Below, piece by piece: positions 49,881-64,000 of a stretch of 64,000 nucleotides of DNA. How positions within the stretch are numbered: position 1 is the first letter of the stretch; each line of letters starts with the position of its first letter. The translations under genes were made by a program, and so were the position numbers. Under the pieces are notes generated by a model. It searched no databases and was not told the DNA's origin. It saw nothing but the letters and a program-made list of their open reading frames with translations. The stretch covers positions 71,054,001 to 71,118,000 of the forward strand of contig NW_024704743.1 in assembly GCF_018977255.1 (NCBI RefSeq), given 5' to 3'. The stretch is from Callorhinchus milii (lineage: Eukaryota).

Positions 49881-52800
49881 ATAAAACCAGAACAATACTT
49901 TATGCAATGCCAGGGCACATCTGTATAATGGCCCAGGTTCATTTGCTGCCTGCAAAGATCAAAGCCTGCAAATCTGTATGCTGTGCAATCCTCAGGGGAT
50001 CTCAAGACTATATTGCAACTAATATCAATATTAATTAAGCAAATTCTATGTACCAGTGACTTGGCCAACTACACAGTATGTTGGCAAATGAGGCAGATAT
50101 GTGAGCGGTATCTTGAATAATACAACTGTAAACTGATTATAGTCACAGTCTTCTATTTATGTCATGAGGTGTTTAACATTGCCATTGCTCCAGAATATCT
50201 CCAATGTTGTCAATGAGGTGGTAAAGGGAGTTTAGTTTCTTCTTGTTCCTATTCTGTAAGTCCTTTAACTCTTCACTGGTCCCAGATGTTTGACAAGATA
50301 GTGTGAACCAAACTGCTAGACTGTCACAATGATGCAACTAAGATCAGGAACTTGGCATGTGGCACAATAGACTGTTTCCTCAAACAATGTTGTATGGCTG
50401 TGTAGCCACTGTGGTGTCAAGGCAAGGGCATAGACCTAACATCATGTGAGGGATTTAAGCAAAATCTTTAGCTCAAATCTAGTTTCACGATGATGATGGA
50501 GCTATTTCTGTCTCCATGACGTGTGCGAGGAGGAGCCCTGAGCATACACTGTGTGGTGTCTGAGCTCACAAAGAACATGTGGAGAATTCGACCAGTTTGC
50601 CATCCCATTGCCTCAGTGTGAAATCTGTAAGTGATCTCACACAACTGATATGCCCTCCATTTTGGGCTCTGAGATTCTTGAGCTGTTCTTGGCACTTGTC
50701 TTGGTGAATACAGTACTTGCTCCATCCATATCAGAGATATTTATCTGAAGGGGGTCTTGCTATTAGTCTGGCTCAAGATTTTTTAGGGAGATGTTTTATC
50801 CTGTTCCCTACAGGCCTCAGAAGATATTTTGCACTAACTATATGGACATTGAGGCAGCAATTACTAAGTGAACAAGGCTAACATTGATCAGATAATTGAC
50901 CCAACTGTTTGTTTCCTGCAGGGCTGTAACTGTGGTTCTCAGCTCATTGGCTCAGCATGGAGCATTTGGACAAGTTCCAGGGTTGGAGTGACTGGTACAG
51001 GATGGATGGGCTTCATCTGAGCAGAGCTGGGACCAATGGCCTTACTGAGGGAGTAACAAACACTCCAGATGCCTATTATTGTGTATATATAATGAGGATG
51101 GAACAGTGTGGGGGCAGTTTAAGCTAATGTTCTTTCAGGTATGTTGTCTGTAGTGTATAGATTGTGCATAATGCCCCAATTCAGTGCCCCAATAGACATT
51201 TAATCCTAGGTCCAAGGCCTACAATAATTGGTGCAGTGACTCTCCCGAAGAATTTCCCTCAAAGGTTCAATTTTGTTGTATACTGTATCCTATTACAATG
51301 CCAGGGAATTAATTACTTGACTCTTGGGGATCAGGTGGTGATATTCACAAGTACCTTGAGTTCCGCTTTTGCTGTTTATAATCTCATCTCCACCCTCAGA
51401 TTGAATTGCACCCTTGCGGCTCACTCCAGATGACTATTATTCTACATATAATGAGGATGGAATGCTTTAACAAACTCAATAAAAAAAATGCAGTGTATCA
51501 TTTTTCACCTTCTCACCAAAAGTTAATGTTAAAATAAATGAACTAATGTTCTCTATAGAATTAGACACACTAGTGAACTGGGACAAGAAATTTCAATCCG
51601 TTTTTCAAAAGAGAAATAAGAGGAACTATCAATTTCAAAATGCGAGAGCAACAACATACTGCTAACTTGCTGCAGTCTGTTCCTTTATAACATTGGTTCC
51701 ATAAACCCATCTGACCTTGTAACACATTGTGATGTTACAGTATTAAATAAACTTTCTTCTCACTATTGTTTTGAAGCTGCTTCCATACTTGTCCCCTTGG
51801 CAAAAATCACTACTGGTATCCTGCCAGTCTTTGTGTTTTCTCAGTAACTGTGATGCTAGTGACATTGGAATGTAGATTAGTGCTTCTCTCTGTTGTGACA
51901 AACTTTGCATTGCAAAGAATTGAAGTTCAGTACATAGCGTGGCACAAGAAAATACAATTTTCTGACCCCTTGATCCTAATCCTTCCAATTGATCATGCAC
52001 CGTACACACTGTTGTGTTCTCTCCTAAATTCATTTTACTTCCCCGATGAAGGCAAATAACCTTACACAAGGTCAATAGGGTAAATTTTGATTTGTTTTTC
52101 GGGTCTTCAAATACAAATTAAATGTTAAAAAAAAGTATGTATTGACTTTGTTTTCTACTTCTAAACATACGGTTCTCATGCACATAATGCAAACTGAGCA
52201 TTCCGTTATCAGATTGTTGTAAGGATCAGCCAGATCATAATCCTTGCATTGATATAGTGACTTATGTCAAAATCTTTCAAAGCTTTTTACAAAGTTTTCT
52301 GTAAAGTATAGTGACTGTGAATTTATAGTTAACATGGCAGTCAATTTGTGCACAGTGGTGTCCCACAAATAGCCACAAAGTGGACTTCAATGGACTGTTT
52401 CTTAGGACATTCCTGTGTTCCTTAAACCAAATTCTATAATCTTCTCACCAGGAGTAAACCCCTACCATAATTTTTTTATATTTATGGAGCATGAAACAAT
52501 TTTTAATTAAAAAAAACTGTGCATAAACAATAATCCCTAAAATAGGGACCAGCACTGAATTGAACAAAGCTGACTTACTGTACAGGACGCATTTTCGAAT
52601 CACACCAGAAGATTCAGTAAGCTGAACAGTGAAGCAAAGCCACATCAGTCAGTCTTTCTAATTCCTGCTGGGGTTTTTGTTTTTAACCAAAGTTACATTG
52701 CTGAGAATTAGCAATTGAACCTTCTTTCCTATGGGTTGCTCTGTAATAAATAAATCTAGTGCTGTGGTAACCGAAGTCTGGCTTAGAATGAATGTTGACT

Positions 52801-53884
52801 AATGCTTTTTGTTCATGATAATGAGTGGAGACCACAGAGGTTAGTTCAGTGGTTCATTACACTATTAGTAGAATCAGTGTGGTTTTATGTGGTTTATACA
52901 GTGCATTTATTTTGAAAGTATTGTTAGCAATTTTGTACCCTGTGGTTGACACCAGTGAAAGAATGACTACCCAATAGTTCTATGTTTAAAGCCCTACTCT
53001 ACTAACGTAGACAGAATCAATTGAACATTGGATTAGCGATTAGAATTTGCTTTCTTGTTTAGGTCTACTTGTCATGTAGGGTTATTAGGACATAGAATTT
53101 TATATCAAAACATGCCTGATATCAAGTCTTGGATGAATCTCAACTTCTTCCAATTTAAGAGAATCAAAACTAAGGCTCTCCTGCTCAGCTCCCACCAGAA
53201 CCTCTGGCACTGACTGTATCAACCACTCTGGGTACTCACTCCAGGCTCATGAAGCAAGAACCAAATCTCGGTGTTTTGTTGTTTAATCTTAACCTCTCTT
53301 TCAAGCTTTTCATCCAGACCATGTCTGCTTTCCTCCATCTCTGCCACTACCTCATCCATAATACAGCTGGCACACTCATCTGTCACCTCTAGACTTGACT
53401 TATTCCTCACCCTGCTTGATGCTCCTCCCCCCCCCCCCCCCCCCTCCCCCACACACACACACATACATCCCCGCCAATGCACACACTCTTACAGAGATCT
53501 GGCAAAGGCTTGATGCACTGAATTCTCCCATGATAAAGTACAGTATCGTATGGTTTTGTTGCTGGTCTTTCAATTTTATTAGGAATGATAACAATGCAAT
53601 AAATGTTATGCAATGTCCAAAGCCATCATTGTCTATAAAATATATTATAAGAATAACAGAGTCATTATAACTGTGCCCAACATTCTCCATAAATTTGTGA
53701 CCAATGGTCTGCTATTTTATCCTTGCATAATTCTTGGATCTTTCACTCTTCTGGAATCAAAGACCTTAAATCTTGATGGTATTCCTCCTGTTGTCCTGAA
53801 AACAAATTGGACTAATATCCATCCTTTGCCATTTCTTCAGCCTCCCCCATATCCTTCTATAATTTTCCTCATAGGTGCATAAGG

Positions 53885-54160
53885 TCTGGGTGGTTAGAGC
53901 ACTCGCCTTGCAAGCGAGAGACCTGGGCGATTCTTGGGCAAGTTTTGTTACTCCACATGCCTGATAATATTCCCTCAAGAAAAAAAAACAGTGATAAATT
54001 GGTCACTTAATCCACGAATATTTGTGGGATACTGCTGTGTGCAATTGGCTGCCGCGTTTCGCCCACAAATATACAGTCAATTCACTTTACAGTATATTCT
54101 GTGAAGGGCTTTGAGACGTTTAGAAGATGTGAAAAGCGCTATATCAAATGCAAGGATTAT
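53885..54160 (+). mobile_element. tRNA-derived SINE, short form with older-type tail
   Basis: Head tggttagagcactcgccttgcaagcgagagacc; lacks the gtttacctagcagtaagtagg block; tail gagacgtttagaagatgtgaaaagcgct. Confidence 0.85.
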
Positions 54161-57100
54161 ATGGAAGTCCCTGCTATATAACTATCACAGTGTTCACTAA
54201 TCAGTAGTTATGTATTCTAAGTTTTTATTCATTGACATATCTATGTAAATCATTTTACTTCTACCAAAAGAACTGAGGAGTAATGAAAATCGAGTTAACG
54301 AAAGTCTTGTCCTTGATGGATGGTCCAGTGCAAATGCCTTTTAATTTCTGTGGACATTTATTGAATGCCTGTTTCCTCTCTTTCCCCAATAATTAAAGAA
54401 TAAAAAATTGCACATTAAGAATACAGCAATTTTTTTAAAAAAAATGTTCAAGAGGAAAACCTAGATGTTAATTAAGCAATGCACATGAATTATGAAAGGT
54501 AGTTATAAGCATTTGGAATTCATGTTGAGGGATGACGTGGGTTACAACTGAATGGTATGTAAATGATTCATTGTTGTATAGATCAGTGCAGTGAAGCACT
54601 GTTACGTACAACTCACTGGTATCTAAAATCCCATTTTAATGCAAGTATTTTTTTGAATGCTCAAAACTGAACACGTTCACCTTCAATTCCATTTTGCTCA
54701 TTTTTAAGCATAAAACAAGTTCAAAGAAGCCTCACTCCCAATTGCTTCAAAAAGCCAATGCAACATGTATGAGTCAGAAGGGAAATCAAAGATCATTTCT
54801 ACAATTCTTGGAATTTCTTTATTTGATATTTAAATTCTGATGAAACAAAATGAACAGAGAAAGAACTATGAAAAGATATGTTGAAGTGTAACTTATTATG
54901 TACTGTATATAACTTGTTCAATAAGTACACTGGCCGATTATAATGTATAAGTTAGATTGAGGCATTTTTACAGGAAGATTGTCTGCACATAACTACTTGA
55001 AATGGTGAGTCGGGGGTAGTGGCTCAAAATATTAATACAGCAATAGGGATTCATTAAAACTGGATCTGGAGGAGAAGTTCCTTTAGCAAATGAGAATGAA
55101 CTAAGGCTCGTGGCTGATCAGGAGAATGGAAGGAGATTGTAGTTCAGGCAAAAGGAAATTACAAAAAGATCAAACTAAGTAAATTACCTTGTTAAAGAAT
55201 AAGCACACATGTTTTTATAGTAATGTAAAGTCTATCAGAATTAGAGGTGTATTGCAAATACTGACATTTATTGTTGAAATTAGCGCTTGTTGGAATAGCA
55301 GCAGCATTCAGGTGCTTCGTGCTAGAAAAAAACACTGGCACTTAAAGTGCAACTTCTCCAATTTTATGTACATCACCCTGACTGATAAGTGGAAATGCTT
55401 CAATATAATGCGATTATTGATTCATGAAAGACTGATTATATGGCAGACACCTGTTATGGTGATTCGCCCTCCCCACCCCCCATAAAATCCCAACTAGAGC
55501 CTCTGCATTCATTGGCACATGCTCAGAAAGTCAGCCAAACAAAGTGATGTTGGTGGCAACATGGTTACTTGGAATTCTGCCATTTTTTTCTGTTTGAGAC
55601 TTTTGAAGCAGGATGACTGGATTTCTGTGAGCAATTTAGATTTTTGGGGAAAGTATGGTGTCAAGGTTCATATTCTAATTGTACTTTAAATGAACCTGTG
55701 TTACAACAGTCTGTTTGTGGTTTAATTTTATTATCACATGTTTTATTGGCATTCTTTGAGAATGTGCATAATGACCTTTCACGAGTTACATATTGATACA
55801 GTACAGAAACTGGCCATTTGGCCCAACTGGTCTATGTCAGAAATTATACTTCGCATGAGCTCCACCGATCTTATTCCATTTAAGCCAATGAATTATGAGT
55901 TTTCTTTTCAGTTAAATGCTCTTGAAGTAAATTAGCTTTGTACCGTACCTTTTCCACAAAGAAATGGGTTTGCACATTGCTTTAAGTGCTCTTACAAGCT
56001 TCTTTTTAACTAGTTTTGCATCCCAGTGAATCGCCAGCTTAGTCAACATTCCACAGCAACAGCCTGTGAATAGAGACCCAGAGGCATATGGGGGTACAGC
56101 AAACAGGGATTGTAGGATTGTACAAGCCTGGTAACAACTATTGCGATCATTTGGCTTGTCCTGAAGTAAGAACAAAAATCTGCTGCTCTATCTCTTATAT
56201 ACCTCAATCAATTTTTTGAATACAGAAATACAACAGCAAGTAAGGTTGAGATTAAATGAGCTGAACGACCTCTATTGGTGGACCTAATTCCTTGTTGAAT
56301 TTTGCTGATACATTCTATCTCCCAGCAATTGGCTTTAATGTCCCTAGGTGTGGATGTGGGGGGGGGAGGAGTCGGTCAGAGGAGGAAAATGTTTGTGCAT
56401 TAGTTTAAGCATTCTGCCTTGAAACATAAAAAACCTCAGAGTTTGTCCCACAGAGCATGCTGTATCAGGCTACCAGGATCATGACAGTTTGTGACTGTGG
56501 TGGGATGAAAGCAGCGCTGGTCTTTTTTATGATTGTCAACAAACTGGTCAAATCTCAACTCCGTGAGTTTTTGGGTGAGGTATTGGTGACACTATCATTA
56601 TAATACAATAATAATTTGCATTTACATGGCGGCTTTCACATAAAAAGAAACGTATCATGCATTAAATGATATCTCAGAACAAGTCACTGCTTTCGGGAGA
56701 AGAGAGAGGATAAAAGAGAGAAAATTGAGGTTAAAAAGTCTTCTGATGACTGTTTATGTGGTCAGCTTCAGCAACAACCGTAGTCTTGTTCTAAACCTCA
56801 TCTAGTATTGTATTATTCTGATTAGCTGATATGTTTGTGAGGGAGAAAGGTATTTCTGTTTCAAGGTAGAATGCTTAAACTATTGCACAAACACTTCCTC
56901 CTCACAAAACTCATATTCTGGCTTCAAACTGCCCAGACTTATCCTGGCTTTAGCAGATGGATTTTGGTGTTGAGCTGGCAAAGACTCAAACCTGCAACCA
57001 TCCGGTTTGGAAGCCAGTGCAATAACAAGTAGGCAATGCTGAATATATTCTATTGTTCTCACATGTTTGTTGCTAATCTACCACTTGCCAAGTAGAAACT

Positions 57101-58379
57101 GATTTGATCAGTACACCCTTTTTTGCAGGCTGGAAGCTGTCTGTTTGCTAACCGTTCCTGTTATTTAACGGAATGCTTGTAAAACACTGCCACACATTAT
57201 TGTCTGCAGTAAAAATGTTCATTTCACTTTGCCACATTAACTTTGAAACAAAATCTGTGTCCAAGAAAAGGAAGTCCTGACAAGCTAGTTCACATGGAAC
57301 TGATGTGGGTTTCAGCACTGGCAATGCAACACCATGCAAAATGCAAGCAGGAATGTAACTGAATCAGAACATCTAGTATAACTGCAGCACAAAGCTTCTT
57401 TCTTGTGGCATGATATTTGCATGAAGCAACACAAAAGCATGAGTCATTCACCTAAAATAATTGGTCAAAGTGACTTTGTCAGTTTTTCCGTTGCAATTGT
57501 GATGCAATGTATGGTCATGAGTGCTACAGGCTACAAATGTAATTAATCCATCATTCCAGGGTCTCTGGTAGTTACTGTGTAACAGTCATATGAATACAAT
57601 GTGTCCAGATTTGTTCAGTCTTGTCACATTAGGAACAAGTGGGTGTTTAAGAACAATAGCAACCACTCAATCTGAGGTGCCAATTGAGTAGAAGGTTGCT
57701 GATGTTACATATTTATGAGATATTTTTTAATGTGTACTAGCTTCTTACCATATAATAACGCACTTGCTTGTAATTTACATTGGTTACCACTCCCTTGCTT
57801 TTGGAGAAAGCATATCACTTGTTCTCTGCTTTGTTCATGCCTGACTACAAAGCATTTTTATATCAATGTATCACAAGGACAGCCTTCTCGTCTAGTTTAA
57901 CATATTGCAAAAGATGAAGGTTCTTGCAAGTTATAGTATGATGATGATATTCTGCCCTTCGGGTGAGACATTAAATCAAATTTGACATTAAAGATCCCAT
58001 GACACTATTCAAAAAGAGGAGGAAATTTCTCTCGGTGTCTTGGTCAACAATCCCCCAAAATAAAATTGGTCACGGTCACTGCACCCCCCCCCCCCCCCAC
58101 CCCCACCACCACCACCGGCTTCGTGTCATGCTCCACCACTTCCAGAACGCTACCCTACATGAGGGGTGCTATATAAATGCAAGTTGTTGTTTACAGTATA
58201 TCGTGTGAGTTGCTTTGAGATGTCTCGATGACGTGAAAAGTGCTGAATCAAGTGCAGGGATTATTATCATAAAACACAGGTTTTTAGCATTATAATGTAG
58301 TATTCTGCTTCAAATAAGCATAAAACCTGAAACAAGGCAGAGCGCAGGCTCACAGAAAGCACTTCACTATACCAGAAGA

Positions 58380-58695
58380 ACAGCAACAAATTTCATTTAT
58401 ATTGCACCTTTTACATCGGACGCACATCCCAAGGTGCTGGACAATGAGGGTTTTGCACTCGAGTTGTGGGTTTTGATCAGAGAGGGTGGCGGTCAAGGGG
58501 GTGGAGGAGAGAGGATGACCAAAGTCACGGTGGAAAATGAAGATCTTGAGATGGGACTTGTAATAATAATAATAATCCTTACATTCGATATAACGCCTTA
58601 TCATGTCTTCGAGACGTCTCAAAGCGCTTAACAGAATATACCGTAAAGTGAATTGACTGTATATTCTGTGGGCGAAACACGTTCTGCACAATGTT
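58380..58695 (-). mobile_element. L2 3' end (58380-58560) abutting a SINE 3' part (58561-58695)
   Basis: L2 tail and KSHLKIFIF remnant, then (AAT)n and aaagtgaattgactgtatatt from the SINE body. Confidence 0.75.
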
Positions 58696-59675
58696 CAGGA
58701 AGAGTCGTTGAGTCATTGACATCACTTCCTGCATACAGGACTCCACTGACCTCAGCAGCCATTCTTGCAGTGCTACCCGGCAATTTGGGCAACCAAAGAA
58801 AGTGATGTTGTCAGTGATCTGACTACACAGAAATTGGCCACTTTCTCACATTTCATCATACAGCAGCATCTGAGATAGTGGACCACATTATAATGGGGTT
58901 GACCTATATACGGCAGTTTATCTAAATACAAAGTGATCTACTTTGCTGCATTCAGTATGGATGGACATATTGCCAATCTCAATTAATTACAGCAGTCACA
59001 TTTTCACTTTTGTCCATTGAAATTCTCTTCTCCTGTGCAGAAGGTATCTGATAAATGTGAAGTACTGTTGTGCATTTTTGATTGGAGGAGTAAAGAAAGG
59101 AAATTCACCCTAAATGGTAATATTCTCAACACAGTGTAGAAGCAGAGAAATCTAGGAGTAGATGTATGAGTTTTTAAAGGTAGAGGATGAGAATACAGAT
59201 AGACTATAGCAAATGGTTACCTTGTTTTATTTATGGTGGAATTAAATACAAGAGCAAGGAAATGTAATATTAAATTGTACAAGGTTGAATGCTACATTTA
59301 GTTCTGCTACACATTATGGTTATTCAAAGCACAGTTAATATTATGATGAGACAGTTAATGTACTAAAGAACTAAACCTTCCTAGGACAAATTACCTACAG
59401 AACAATCACTATACTTCAGAGTAATTCACAGTGTTAAGTGCTTTGAGATGTTGCGATATGATAAGGCACTATATCAAATATAAGTAGCTTTTACATTTTT
59501 AAATAATTTTATACTTCTACATGTTGAACCTCATCTATCACATGTAAGCCCAGCTACTTAATAGAGCCAAATCCTTATGTATGGTTGTTTTCTTAAAATT
59601 TGCTGTATTACAGATTTAATATGGTCTATAAACTTTACGGATTGCTCTAACGCTACTGCACTTTTTTCATTTTGC

Positions 59676-60088
59676 AATAATAACCCTTGCATTTGGTATA
59701 GCGTCTTTCATGTCAGGAAAGACTTCACAAAACGCTTCAGGACTTACTGTGAAGTGGAATGACTGTGTAAGCGAATACAACAGCTCATTTACACACTGTA
59801 AGTTCCTACAAACAGCCGTGAAACAAATGGCCAATTGGAATTGTTGGCCAGGATACTGGGCTCTCTTCTCTTTTCAAACAGTGCCATGGGATCTTTAACA
59901 TCCATCTGAACAAGAAGATTAGACCTTGGCATAACATCTCATCTGAAGGATGGACCTCTGTCAATGCAACATGCCCCCTGCATTAAAGTTTCATCCTAGA
60001 ATTTGTGCATTCAAGTCCCAACGTGAGGCTTGAACCCAGAACCTTCTCACTTAAAGACAAGAGTGCTACCAACTGAGTCAGGCTGACA
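59676..60088 (-). mobile_element. Deu-domain SINE, full length
   Basis: Runs from the tail aataataacccttgcatttg through gtgccatgggatctttaacatcc to the head gagtgctaccaactgagtcaggctgaca. Confidence 0.9.
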
Positions 60089-61937
60089 TATTGTATCCAG
60101 TTAAATATATATGTGACAACATCAATCTGAACTTACAAAGAAACTTTCATAAAGAATGAATGTCTTGAAGTCCATCATAAAGAAGATGAGGAGGATAATA
60201 ATAATAATAATCCTTATGTTTGAAAATGTTCTTTTCACTTCAAAAGGACACATCAAAGCGCTTTATAGAACCTACTGAAAATTGTGGTGAATATGCATTT
60301 TGTTAGCAAACACAGCAGCCAATTTGCACACAACAGTGTCTCACAAACACCCATGAAGTGCAATTCTCTGATTTTCTTTTCACCATGGATAATTGTTGAC
60401 CCAACAGCTTTATTACAGAAATCCAAAACGATTTGCGGAAAAGATAGGAAAATGGAACTAAGGGGAAAGCTGTCTCAGAAAGCCAGAACTGGTGCATTGA
60501 GTCAAATGGCTTTTTCTTTGTTGTAAATTTCTTTGGTTCATAGATGGCTATCGTCTGCTTGTTTTTAAGCTAATTATTTAAACAGCTTCATACTTCACCC
60601 CCACCTGTCACTATGGACATTGAAAATCCATATGTATGTAATGGACTTTGAGAGTAAATCAATAAGGTTTGATGCTATTCATGACAAATTTTACTTGAAC
60701 GGCTTTCCAACTGATCCATTATAGTATTATACTGTATGAAGCGCTTTGAGATGTCTTGACGATGTGATAATGTGCTGTATCAAATGCAATTATTACTATT
60801 ATTGTGCTTTTGACTGACTATCAGTTGGGAGTCTTGTGTTCTCAGTGGTGGGATTCTCGACTCTTGCACTTACAGTATTGCAACTCTGGATGATATGATA
60901 AAATTACAGTTTAACCACTTGTAGTATTGTGAGTCATGAGTGCCTTTTCTACCACATTTCTGGTCACAGAGGGTTAAACTCTTTCTGGTGTATTATGGAT
61001 GAGACTGGGTCAAGCTGCCAGCCTGCGCTATTTTTTTCAGTATCCAGTTGCATGTGATTAATTGTGTAGCAGGTGTTTGTTCTCTGCAGCTTGAACCCAC
61101 AGACAACAGAGCAGGAAATTTGAAGATAACTGGATTAGGGCAAAGGGGAAAGAGCAACAGATGTTTTAAATATCAAACCTCAGAAAGGGAGGAAATCACA
61201 ATTTCAGAGTCGATGTACAGTATAATTTGTTTAGTTCACACAAGCCAAATGGCAAATGTCAGTGTGGAACAATCACACAGGCTAATTGACCATTGCTGAA
61301 AGCGTCTGTTGACTTTTACTCACATCTGTTTCAATATTTATAGCCAACTAGAGGTCTGTGCCTATGTCTTCCTCCGCTTCTCACCATTTCATTACCTGCT
61401 GTTGAAAATTTAATGTATGCCGGGTAAATTTGTATTTTAACCCCATGTTTGTTTTTACATGTGCTTTTTCCCAGTTTAATTTCTTTTTTATTTCTTGTGA
61501 ATTGAGATGACTTCACATGATGAAAGGTAGTTGGAGGCATTTCTGCCAAGTTGTTTTCAATGTCTCCGTTACCGATGGCTGATATTTTGTTCTGTGTTTT
61601 GAGTAACTTTGGATCTTACTCACCTTACTTACTGGTAGTGCTGCAGTACTGTACAGAAGGATTCTTGTTGAACTGCAGGAAATGATCCAAGCATTTTTAC
61701 TTGTAGTACTTACTGAAATGCAAACTTTTTTGAAACAGTTTAATTTACTTTCAACCGCCAAGAATCAAATAGAATTACGTGGAACTTTACAGCACAATAA
61801 AAGCTATCGGTCCAACCTAGTCCATGCCAGTGTTTTCTACTCCACCTGAGTCCCCACCCCTACTATTGCCCGCACCTGCACCTCTCTACCTATCTACACC
61901 TCTCCATTACCTTCTTCCTCATTTACTATAAGCCAGG

Positions 61938-62242
61938 TGTTAGTCTAGCTCAGTTGGTAGAACTCACCTCTAAGTCAGAAGGTTATAGGTTCAAGTCTCA
62001 TGGGAGTGTACCTCATTGTTGGAAGCGCTGTCCTTCAGATGAGACATTAAACCGAGATCCCATCTGCCTGTTCAGGAGCGTTAAAGATCTCATGACACTT
62101 CATGACTGTTTGTGGGACATTGGTATAACAAATTGGCCTTTGCGTTTGCCTACAAATACATTCTCACAGTAAAATCTTGTGACACCCCTTCAGACTTGTC
62201 AATGAGGTGTTAAGGTGCTGCATCAAACGCAAGGATTATTAT
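61938..62242 (+). mobile_element. Deu-domain SINE inserted in a CR1 3' end
   Basis: Contains tagctcagttggtagaactcacctctaagtcagaaggttataggttcaagtc...gagacattaaaccgagatcccatctgcctgttcagg. Confidence 0.85.
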
Positions 62243-62369
62243 GAATTTTCCTCTGACATACGTCCATGCCTTTTGCTTCAACTGCAGGTGAGTTTCAGTC
62301 AGGTTACAGTCCTAGTCTATGAGTTTAAAAACCCAATGTGAAGCTTGAACCTATAACCTTTCAGTAAGT

Positions 62370-62750
62370 AATACAAGTCATCACTCTCTGTGTAAAGAGG
62401 TTCCTTCTAAACTCCCTTTTAGATCTATTACTGTTTTTATTGTTATGTTCCAAGGTGTCCAATCGTTTTTTCATCGATATATATGCTCATCTCTGGTAAA
62501 ATCCTAGTAAATCTACCCTGCACTCTCCCCGTTGCTACAATATCCTTCCTGTATAATGGTGACCAGAACTGCATCCAGCATTTCAAATGTGGTCTAACCA
62601 AAGTTTCATATAAATGTAACATTACTTTGCTACTATTGTACACTTTCCCTTGGACTTAAACCAAGGACTCTATTCATATTCTTCATGGCATCTACCGCCT
62701 GTGCTGATCCTTTTAGTGAATCTGAATCCCTAGATCTGTTTGCTTCTCTA
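62370..62750 (-). mobile_element. CR1 LINE ORF2 C-terminal fragment (3' end probably continues at ~61770-61930)
   Basis: ORF 62443..62643 reads LYETLVRPHLKCWMQFWSPLYRKDIVATGRVQGRFTRILP, the typical CR1 LYxxLVRPHLEYCVQFWSP...ERVQRRFTR motif. Confidence 0.9.
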
Positions 62751-64000
62751 AGAAGCCTTATGTTTGTTAATGACAAATGAGTACAGTAAAGAAAGAAGTA
62801 TTAGTTAGTACTCTTGACACCCTCACCATTTCTTTGCACCATTCCCCATATCTTCTACTCTCTTCTACCTCTCTTCCCTCTCCCATTTCCCCATCTTCTT
62901 CCATCTTCCATCTCAAAATCCTCTACCTTACCCATCTTTAGATTGCACTCTTTGACTGTGCCTACAGTCACCTCCCCGCTTTCCCTAGCTCGGTGACAAG
63001 CTCCGCCACTATTAAGTGCTTCAAGATGCTACCCGGCATGAAGGGCACTATATATATGTTGGGAGGTTATTTCAGTGGCGTTCAACAAAATCAAACCTAA
63101 TTCCATTTTTACATTTGGTTTGGTTATCTACACATCTTAATTCCTTACCCAGGCAGCTACTGAAATGCCATGGAGGCAGATTTTCTGTATGCAGGTAAGC
63201 TTCCTGCTGCCTGCAAAGGTAGGACTAGTTGACCCACTTTTACAGATACCAGGGACCACATAGGAAGAATCGTATTTTCCCAATTATATGTCCCATTGAT
63301 GAGTTGGAAGGTTGGTCATGTGGCTCAATTATCATCCGAAGTGCCTGGAACTGTGTTAGTTTCTATAATTTAGTTACTCCCTGGATAAACTCAATGAACC
63401 ATTGGGGAATCTCTTACTCACAATTCCCATATTAGTCATGTTCTCTTTGTGGGTTGCTAGGACGAATTTGATCAATTGCCTTGTAAATAAAACAATTGTG
63501 TTTTTAGTATTTAAAAATAAACTGTATTAATTGGGTACTTTTTCCCCCCTTTTTAAGAGCTCTGTATGATTTAATGTTCTCCAAACAATAAACTGTGGCA
63601 GTCAGTGCAGCTTTATAAACACTTTTTATCAGATTTTAACCCAACATCAGGAGCTACTTCCTGTCATTACACTCTGGTTTCCTTTTCAAAATGAACATGC
63701 TGCACCAGAAATTGTGAATCTTTGCATGTGTCCAAAAACACATTGAAATAAATCTGACGTTAGAGCTGTTTGAATAAACCCCTCCATTCAAGGCTGCCTG
63801 AACAACAGGAGGCAATTAATTACTCCTTGGACTGTTGTAAAACTATCAAGCATCTTGACCTAATTATTTCATCTGCAGCATTATCATATAATAATAATAA
63901 CCCTTTCATTTGATATAGTGATTTTTACATCTTTGAGACGTCTCAAAGAACTTCACAGAATATACTGCAAAGTGAATTCACTATATATTTATGGGCGAAA

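Larger units (their letters stand above)
16792..64000 (+). other. Probable CTNNAL1 intron 1 (extends beyond the window)
   Basis: Begins at the GT donor. No exon encoding the expected next segment (roughly ITTLINHKD...VGQAVNLAVGRFV) was found by eye. The sequence is repeat-rich. Confidence 0.6.

Overview
This window is eukaryotic (vertebrate) genomic DNA. The repeat content (Deu-domain SINEs, L2 and CR1 LINEs, a Penelope-type palindrome) suggests a cartilaginous fish, which is an inference. The only host coding sequence I can support is the first coding exon of alpha-catulin (CTNNAL1) at 16705-16791 (+). It has a GC/CpG-rich promoter region and is followed immediately by a ~1.7 kb G-run/(GA)n minisatellite. 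I could not find exon 2 by eye, so 16792-64000 is probably all intron 1. The rest is intergenic or intronic DNA packed with decayed L2 and CR1 LINE fragments, two tRNA-derived SINE families, a MITE and microsatellites. Nearly all ORFs in the track are LINE debris or low-complexity artefacts. I see no convincing new protein-coding system. The most interesting signals are retroelement RNA structures: a SINE/LINE shared 3' hairpin with compensatory substitutions and an apparent tail swap, and an ~185 bp palindrome with a hammerhead-like core. The purine-skewed array next to the CTNNAL1 splice donor also deserves a look. Repeat boundaries are approximate, and family names come from recalled consensus motifs, not a database search.
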